A stretch of 64,000 nt of DNA from an uncultured Gammaproteobacteria bacterium (GTDB lineage Bacteria; Patescibacteriota; Patescibacteriia; UBA11705; JABHMO01), in NCBI GenBank assembly GCA_964486065.1, contig CAZAKN010000001.1, positions 16,657 through 80,656 of the forward strand. Direction: 5' to 3'. Of the stretch, positions 59,440 through 64,000 are shown piece by piece; the first letter of the stretch is position 1, and every line of letters begins with the position of its first letter. Below the pieces are notes generated by a model that searched no databases, was not told the origin of the DNA, and worked only from the letters and a program-made list of their open reading frames with translations. A program made the translations under genes and the position numbers.

Positions 59440-60156
59440 ATGAATCACAGTTCGGAGATTATCAAGATTCCTGCAGAAGAAGTGGCGGAAATAGTCGGTG
59501 GCAAGCAAATGCTTGAAAAGCAAATGCGTCGCGCCGGCGTAATCCGTGGCTACGACTTCAATCCAACAGGTACGCCTTACGACGGCGAAGCCAGATTGGT
59601 CGCCAGATTCATTAATGGAGCCTGCCTTTTTTATTTTCGCAAGGAGGGTGAAACATACTTCTACACCACGCAAGAAGACTTGGAAAAATATGTTGACATT
59701 TCTTTGTCCAACTCGGCAAATCCGAAACAGAGTTTTCTTGATAGAACATGGCCGGCAACTCCCAAGGCTCCTTTTTCCAGTCGTTACGACCGAGAGCTTA
59801 TGATTTTGCGCCAACATCGCAAAGAAGGCACCATCTACAAACCGGATCGTAAACAGACAATTCTCAATTCCGCTGAAGCGGCTGAATTATTCGGTGGCAA
59901 AGACAAACTGGAAGAACATTTAGTCAGCTTGGGACTGAAACGAGGCTCAGCCTCCGTTTACCCCATGCTCATCGGCGCTTTCTGCGAAGGCAGTGCGTTT
60001 ATCAGCTACAAACGCTCGCCCAGCGGAGGAACATTCCAGTTCTTCGGTGGCAAAAAGATTTGGCAAAATCTGCTGGCTACCATCTATTCGGCAAACTGCC
60101 GTCCCGAACGTTTCAAGCCGGTTCGTCCAATTTCCGCCAGAGTGTCTCGTGGCTGA
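59440..60156 (+). CDS. GC-rich hypothetical protein built from two copies of an unrecognised ~60-aa domain (paralog 1)
   Basis: Internal repeats AEEVAEIVGGKQMLEKQMRRAGVIRGYDFNPTG...ARFINGACLFYFRKEGETYFY and AEAAELFGGKDKLEEHLVSLGLKRGSASVYPMLIGAFCEGSAFISYKRSPSGGTFQFF. RBS GGGGAGG. The antisense ORF 59365-59817 is a GC shadow. Confidence 0.55.
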   Translation: MNHSSEIIKIPAEEVAEIVGGKQMLEKQMRRAGVIRGYDFNPTGTPYDGEARLVARFINGACLFYFRKEGETYFYTTQEDLEKYVDISLSNSANPKQSFLDRTWPATPKAPFSSRYDRELMILRQHRKEGTIYKPDRKQTILNSAEAAELFGGKDKLEEHLVSLGLKRGSASVYPMLIGAFCEGSAFISYKRSPSGGTFQFFGGKKIWQNLLATIYSANCRPERFKPVRPISARVSRG

Positions 60157-60169
60157 CCCTAATTATCAT

Positions 60170-60203
60170 GGGAGATTTCACCTCGTGAAATCTCCTTATT
60201 CTT
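60170..60203 (+). terminator. hairpin (11-bp perfect stem) plus T-rich tail between the two paralogs
   Basis: GGAGATTTCAC-CTC-GTGAAATCTCC followed by TTATTCTT. Confidence 0.5.
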
Positions 60204-60252
60204 AAAACAATTTTTCAAATATCTTTTGTTCTTTTTATCTTCGGAGGTCGTA

Positions 60253-60930
60253 ATGCTGAGAACCAACACCATGGCTTTGCCAAAGGATTACTTGAAAACA
60301 ATTTTTCCCGGCAAAAATCAATTAACCGAACACATGACCGACGCGGGAGTCAAGCGAGGACAGGATTTTCGCGGACCAATAGCCAAACTGAAGGGCGAAA
60401 TCATGTTGTATTTCGTCCGTGATCAAGCAAAAAACAAATCCCGCTTCTACGCAAAAGGAAGGGATAAATCCTTGCTGTATCTTTTCCATAACTTGGAAAA
60501 AGAAGTGGGCATGGTTTACTTGGACGAATCATGGATTCCGGACAAGAAAAGAGCTTCTTCCGTGCCACAAATTCCTTTGAATCACGGTATCAGGCATTTT
60601 GATTGTCAACAAAAGGAAATCATTCTCAAAGGGGGCGAGGTGATTCCATTGTTTAAGAAGCATGAGAGATTGACCAGGCAAATGGAAAAAGTCGGTGTCA
60701 AACGCGGTCAAAATTTCAACGGCTTGGTGGCGATCTTCAATTTCGGTGCTCACTTGCATTATTACCGTGATGAAGAAAGAAACAACACTTACTTTGTCAT
60801 CAAAATCAAGGAAAAAAGCGCATTTGACAAACTGAAGGATCTGCTTTCAAACTTGATGCAGGGTATTACTCCGCAAGAAGATCTTTTCAATTCATGGCCG
60901 GCCAACACCCAGACGGCTTTGGCCTGCTAA
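60253..60930 (+). CDS. GC-rich hypothetical protein built from two copies of the same ~60-aa domain (paralog 2)
   Basis: Repeats KTIFPGKNQLTEHMTDAGVKRGQDFRGPIAKLKGEIMLYFVRDQAKNKSRFYA and EIILKGGEVIPLFKKHERLTRQMEKVGVKRGQNFNGLVAIFNFGAHLHYYRDEERNNTYFVI. The start was set at the ATG after GGAGG; the ORF-track start is 60226. Confidence 0.55.
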   Translation: MLRTNTMALPKDYLKTIFPGKNQLTEHMTDAGVKRGQDFRGPIAKLKGEIMLYFVRDQAKNKSRFYAKGRDKSLLYLFHNLEKEVGMVYLDESWIPDKKRASSVPQIPLNHGIRHFDCQQKEIILKGGEVIPLFKKHERLTRQMEKVGVKRGQNFNGLVAIFNFGAHLHYYRDEERNNTYFVIKIKEKSAFDKLKDLLSNLMQGITPQEDLFNSWPANTQTALAC

Positions 60931-60957
60931 AAAGGCGTCCACATGGACGCCTTTTTT
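60931..60957. terminator. bidirectional intrinsic terminator between the paralog cassette and convergent metG
   Basis: AAAGGCGTCC-ACAT-GGACGCCTTT followed by TTTAAT, with an A-tract upstream that serves the minus-strand metG. Confidence 0.8.
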
Positions 60958-60983
60958 AATTCTACAAAATTTTAAAACTATTA

Positions 60984-62489
60984 TTACGATTCCGCTTCTT
61001 CAATTCTTACAAACAAAGGCTCGCCTTTTCGTAATTTTTGACCGGGAGGCAATACTCGCGTCACGCTTCGCAAATCGCTTTCCTCAAATCCCAATCTGAG
61101 CAAAATATCTTCCGCCGTTTGCGGTAAAAACGGTTTCAGCATTTGAGCGATTATTTTCAGACCTTGCAAACAACCGTAAATTACGGTTTCAACCTCTTGC
61201 TGTTTTTCTTCTTTGGCCAATCGCCAAGGCTCTTTTCCCGCGATGTAAGAATCTATCTCCGCGACCATATTCATTATTAAATCCATATTCATATCCAAAC
61301 GCGCTATGGCAAAATTTTCATGATATTCTTCAATCAAATTTTCAAAATTAATGTTTATGTCAGAATCAGCTCGTGGCACTTCTCCATTGGTATATTTTTC
61401 CGCCATGCTTAAAATCCGACTGGTCAAATTACCTATTCCGTTGGCTAGGTCGGCATTATATTTCAACCGCATTTTCTCCTCGGTATAATCCCCGTCTTCA
61501 AATGTTTTAATCTCCGCCAATAGATAATACCTGGTAGCATCGGTTCCATATTTTTCAACCACATCATAAGGATTTATCACATTACCGAGAGATTTACTCA
61601 TCTTTTTCCCACCGGAATTGATGAATCCGAAAATCAAAACTTGTTCCGCGTTAGGCAATCCTGCGCTCATCAACATGGCTTGCCACATAGCACTTTGTTG
61701 CCGAAGATTATCTTTGCCCGCCACTTGCATTCCCGGCCAAAATTTTTCAAATTGTTCCATATTATCCGGCCAACCCAAACATGAAATATAGTTCACCAAT
61801 GCGTCAAACCAAACATACATAACATGATTTTCATCTCCGGGAACCGGCACACCCCAAGGCATTTTTTCTTTCAAACGAGAAATGGAAAAATCTTGCAAAC
61901 CGTTAGCCACGAAATTCCTGATTTCTTTCAAACGATAATCGGGTAAAACAATATCCTTATTTTTATCATACAATTCCAGCAAAGCGTCTTGATACTTGGA
62001 CCAGCGGAAAAAATAATTTTCCTCATCAATCTCTTCCAAAGGCTGACCGGGATGGTGCGGACATTCTCCATTAACCAATTCGGACTCGGTTTTTTCAAGC
62101 TCACATCCCACGCAATATTTCACCTGATAATTTTTTTTGTAAATATCGCCATTGGCTTCACAAAGACGCCAAAATTCTTGCGCCGCTTTAACATGATTTT
62201 CATCAGTAGTGCGGATAAAACTGTTATAACTAAGATTTAAAGATTGTTTCAGCTGATCAAATTTAGTCGCGTATTCATCAACATAAGCTTGTGGTTCAAT
62301 CCCCCGTTCCAGCGCTTTGCGATAAATCTTCAAGCCGTGTTCATCGGTTCCGGTATTGAAAAAAACTTCTTCGCCCATCAAACGATGATAACGAGCTATC
62401 ACATCAGCCTTGATAATCTCTGTCGCAAAACCGATATGCGGTTCCGCGTTCACATAAGGCAAGGTGGTGGTTATGTAAAAGTTCTTCAT
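60984..62489 (-). CDS. metG: methionyl-tRNA synthetase (short form)
   Basis: HIGH-type motif (PYVNAEPHIGFAT), KMSKS, and a Zn knuckle CVGCELE...CPHHPG. The start was set at MKNFYITTT; the ORF-track start is 62549. Confidence 0.9.
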   Translation of the reverse strand: MKNFYITTTLPYVNAEPHIGFATEIIKADVIARYHRLMGEEVFFNTGTDEHGLKIYRKALERGIEPQAYVDEYATKFDQLKQSLNLSYNSFIRTTDENHVKAAQEFWRLCEANGDIYKKNYQVKYCVGCELEKTESELVNGECPHHPGQPLEEIDEENYFFRWSKYQDALLELYDKNKDIVLPDYRLKEIRNFVANGLQDFSISRLKEKMPWGVPVPGDENHVMYVWFDALVNYISCLGWPDNMEQFEKFWPGMQVAGKDNLRQQSAMWQAMLMSAGLPNAEQVLIFGFINSGGKKMSKSLGNVINPYDVVEKYGTDATRYYLLAEIKTFEDGDYTEEKMRLKYNADLANGIGNLTSRILSMAEKYTNGEVPRADSDININFENLIEEYHENFAIARLDMNMDLIMNMVAEIDSYIAGKEPWRLAKEEKQQEVETVIYGCLQGLKIIAQMLKPFLPQTAEDILLRLGFEESDLRSVTRVLPPGQKLRKGEPLFVRIEEAES

Positions 62490-62541
62490 AAAATATGTTA
62501 CATTATTTTTCTTAATTGTTTTTTTATCAATCCTAACAAGC

Positions 62542-63198
62542 TTAAACAATCACAACAAACTCGCCTTTAGCTTTCTGCTCAACCTCTCGCAAAACCTCCT
62601 TGGCCGTGCCTCTGTATATTGTTTCAAATTTTTTGGTTAATTCACGGCAAACCACTATTTCTTTTCGCGAATCAAGAATTTCAACCAGTTCAGTAAGGGT
62701 TCTGACAATGCGATGGCAAGACTCATAAAAACAAACCGTACAATTGGCTTCCGTGATTTGTTTAAAAACTTTTCCTTTACCCTTTTTCGGCATAAATCCG
62801 AGAAATATGAATTTATCCGTAGGTTTGCCTGAAACACTAAGCGCGGTCGTAACGGCACAAGGTCCGGGAATCGGTGAAACCGTGAAATTCATTTCCGTAG
62901 CGAATTGCACCAATATATTACCGGGATCGGAGATCCCCGGTGTTCCCGCGTCAGTCACATAGGCTAAATTATTATATTTATGCAAAAGTGAGCTGATTTT
63001 CTCAGCTGAAGTATGTTGATGCAAACTGATGGTTTTCGCTGAAATATTCAATTTTTTTAGTAAATTTCCGGTTACTCTGGTGTCTTCACATAACACCACC
63101 TCCGCTTCACTTAAAATTCGCTCCGCGCGAGCGGAAATATCTTCCAAGTTCCCGATCGGAGTTGCCACGATATATAATTGTTTGATTTCCTGTTCCAT
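62542..63198 (-). CDS. rsmI: 16S rRNA (cytidine1402-2'-O)-methyltransferase RsmI
   Basis: LYIVATPIGNLEDIS...VLCEDTR tetrapyrrole-methylase-like fold typical of RsmI. The start was set at MEQEIKQ; the ORF-track extension to 63300 runs through a GC-rich structured region and is unlikely to be coding. Confidence 0.85.
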   Translation of the reverse strand: MEQEIKQLYIVATPIGNLEDISARAERILSEAEVVLCEDTRVTGNLLKKLNISAKTISLHQHTSAEKISSLLHKYNNLAYVTDAGTPGISDPGNILVQFATEMNFTVSPIPGPCAVTTALSVSGKPTDKFIFLGFMPKKGKGKVFKQITEANCTVCFYESCHRIVRTLTELVEILDSRKEIVVCRELTKKFETIYRGTAKEVLREVEQKAKGEFVVIV

Positions 63199-63199
63199 A

Positions 63200-63351
63200 T
63201 TGACAAATTTTTCAATTTTGCTATGATTTGTGCAGGTTCTTTTGGGGAGCGCTGGCCCATCCTCCCCGACTCTACCTCCTTCTTTCTCCTCTGGGGGCAT
63301 GAACGCCCCCGCTAAAATCTCACGCTTCGCCTTCTTCGGTGAAGCGTTTTT
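63200..63351 (+). ncRNA. candidate small RNA: consensus promoter (TTGACA-16-TATGAT) to intrinsic terminator, ~115 nt, GC-rich, with a CCUCCUUCUUUCUCCUC anti-SD-like tract
   Basis: -35 at 63200-63205 and -10 at 63222-63227. The predicted transcript (from about 63234) folds into GGGGAG...CTCCCC and GGGGGC-atgaac-GCCCCC hairpins, then the terminator CGCTTCGCC-ttcttc-GGTGAAGCG plus TTTTTATTT (63323-63351). No ORF is present, and it lies on the strand opposite to both flanking genes. Confidence 0.45.
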
Positions 63352-63369
63352 ATTTATAAAAAATTATGT

Positions 63370-63452
63370 TATAATTCAATCGCAAGTGTTCACTTGGAGC
63401 AGGACGCTCCACCTTTCAAATCAACGGCTCTCCACGCAGAGCTGTTTTTTAT
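63370..63452 (+). ncRNA. second candidate small RNA unit (TATAAT -10, short hairpin, terminator ACGGCTCT-ccacgc-AGAGCTGT followed by a T6 tract)
   Basis: -10 at 63370-63375, hairpin GGAGC-aggac-GCTCC, and a terminator with a T6 run at 63445-63450. The -35 is weak, and the 3' end overlaps the last codons of the minus-strand gene 63449-63724. Confidence 0.3.
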
Positions 63453-63724
63453 TTGGGACTTTCTGACTGCTCCGCAGAGTTATTATTAGGATTCCTTTCA
63501 CTTAAAGTTTGTTCCACCGCCGACACGAAATAATAAATCAAACTTAAAGCCGCCAACACCAGAATAAAAACCAACAAACAACAATTAAAGCGACTTTTAA
63601 AACTTTTTTTCTCCGAATCATTATTTTCCGGCTGAAAATCGGGGCGACGCGACGCTAAAAATTTTTTATTGACTTCAGCGTATTCTTTTTCTCTTTCCAA
63701 TTGTTCAAAATTGGAATGCTTCAT
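63449..63724 (-). CDS. hypothetical membrane-anchored protein
   Basis: 91 aa with a central TM helix (CCLLVFILVLAALSLIYYFVSAV). Confidence 0.4.
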   Translation of the reverse strand: MKHSNFEQLEREKEYAEVNKKFLASRRPDFQPENNDSEKKSFKSRFNCCLLVFILVLAALSLIYYFVSAVEQTLSERNPNNNSAEQSESPK

Positions 63725-63725
63725 A

Positions 63726-63995
63726 TTATTTTTTATTGTTTTTCAAACTTAAATCATACATTATGCTTTCACTTTTCTGCCAATTCTTTTTCGCTTGATC
63801 AAATTTGGTACGCAGATAACTGACCAAATCCAATTCAATTAACTCGCTGATCACTTCGGCAATGGCTTCTTGACCATTTTTCACTTTTTTCATATCTCCT
63901 TCCGTAGCCCACACGACCATTTTGCGCAAAACTTCTCCGGTGAAATCGCTCAACCCTCCGATATATTCATCAGCCTCAATTTTCACGCCATTCAA
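63726..63995 (-). CDS. hypothetical protein (start close to the window edge)
   Basis: 89-aa ORF. The Met at 63995 is 5 nt from the window end, so the N-terminus is uncertain. Confidence 0.35.
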   Translation of the reverse strand: MNGVKIEADEYIGGLSDFTGEVLRKMVVWATEGDMKKVKNGQEAIAEVISELIELDLVSYLRTKFDQAKKNWQKSESIMYDLSLKNNKK

Positions 63996-64000
63996 TTGTT

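Noticed and set aside
59365-59817. 150-aa minus-strand ORF overlapping the start of the GC-rich paralog cassette
   Set aside because: It is antisense to a gene with strong SD and internal domain repeats. It has Cys/Arg-rich low-complexity composition typical of GC shadow frames.
63231-63300. 49-aa alternative-frame ORF (MGQRSPKEPAQ...) inside the GC-rich spacer
   Set aside because: The nearby AAGGAGG is 14 nt from the ATG and GGGGAGG abuts it with zero spacing, so neither is a functional SD arrangement. The region is better explained as structured RNA.

Overview
This 64 kb window is a low-GC, gene-dense bacterial chromosome segment. Roughly 60 protein genes are visible. Coding uses the standard code: TGA and TAA both end well-formed genes, and the single tRNA is tRNA-Trp with a CCA anticodon. 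The gene repertoire (many GT2/GT4 glycosyltransferases, a GT26-NUDIX fusion, compact housekeeping operons, a PriA with degenerate ATPase motifs) resembles small-genome Patescibacteria/CPR-like bacteria; this is inference from gene content only. From 5' to 3' the content is: (i) a surface-glycan cluster at 1-8685 (NAD-dependent sugar-nucleotide epimerase/decarboxylase, two GT2, DUF2304, two GT4, membrane proteins), followed by promoter plus tRNA-Trp; (ii) xth, DUF2061, an unannotated zinc-ribbon ORF and a thioredoxin-fold protein; (iii) an AT-rich islet carrying a NYN-domain gene broken by one in-frame TAA; (iv) queA, a standalone receiver domain, a YhaM-like HD exonuclease, and a second GT4/GT2/O-antigen-ligase-like cluster; (v) minus-strand fmt-def-priA, a DODA-like protein, a repeat-containing secreted protein and clpB with a CIRCE operator; (vi) the GT26-NUDIX fusion, a GC-rich two-gene insertion of unknown function, gltX, an M23 peptidase, an HExxH protein, xerC/D, then a ~650 bp AT-rich non-coding region holding a palindromic pair of perfect DnaA boxes; (vii) ftsQ followed by a tightly regulated operon (consensus promoter overlapping a 20-bp palindrome, a 19-aa peptide, two single-TM coiled-coil proteins), alr, serS, greA, PBP2-mreDCB, proS, DUF721, and a UvrD-type helicase fused to a Cas4-like nuclease; (viii) a complete F1Fo ATP synthase operon (atpZ-like, B, E, F, H, A, G, D, C) with a lipoprotein cyclophilin inserted between atpD and atpC; (ix) tatD, a GC-rich tandem pair of paralogous genes each built from two copies of an unrecognised ~60-aa domain, metG, rsmI, and a GC-rich intergenic region with two promoter-to-terminator units that look like small RNAs. 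No CRISPR array, rRNA or obvious transposase was seen. The most plausible novel candidates are the tandem duplicated-domain cassette at 59440-60930, the GC-rich pair at 27321-28940, and the FtsQ-linked operon.
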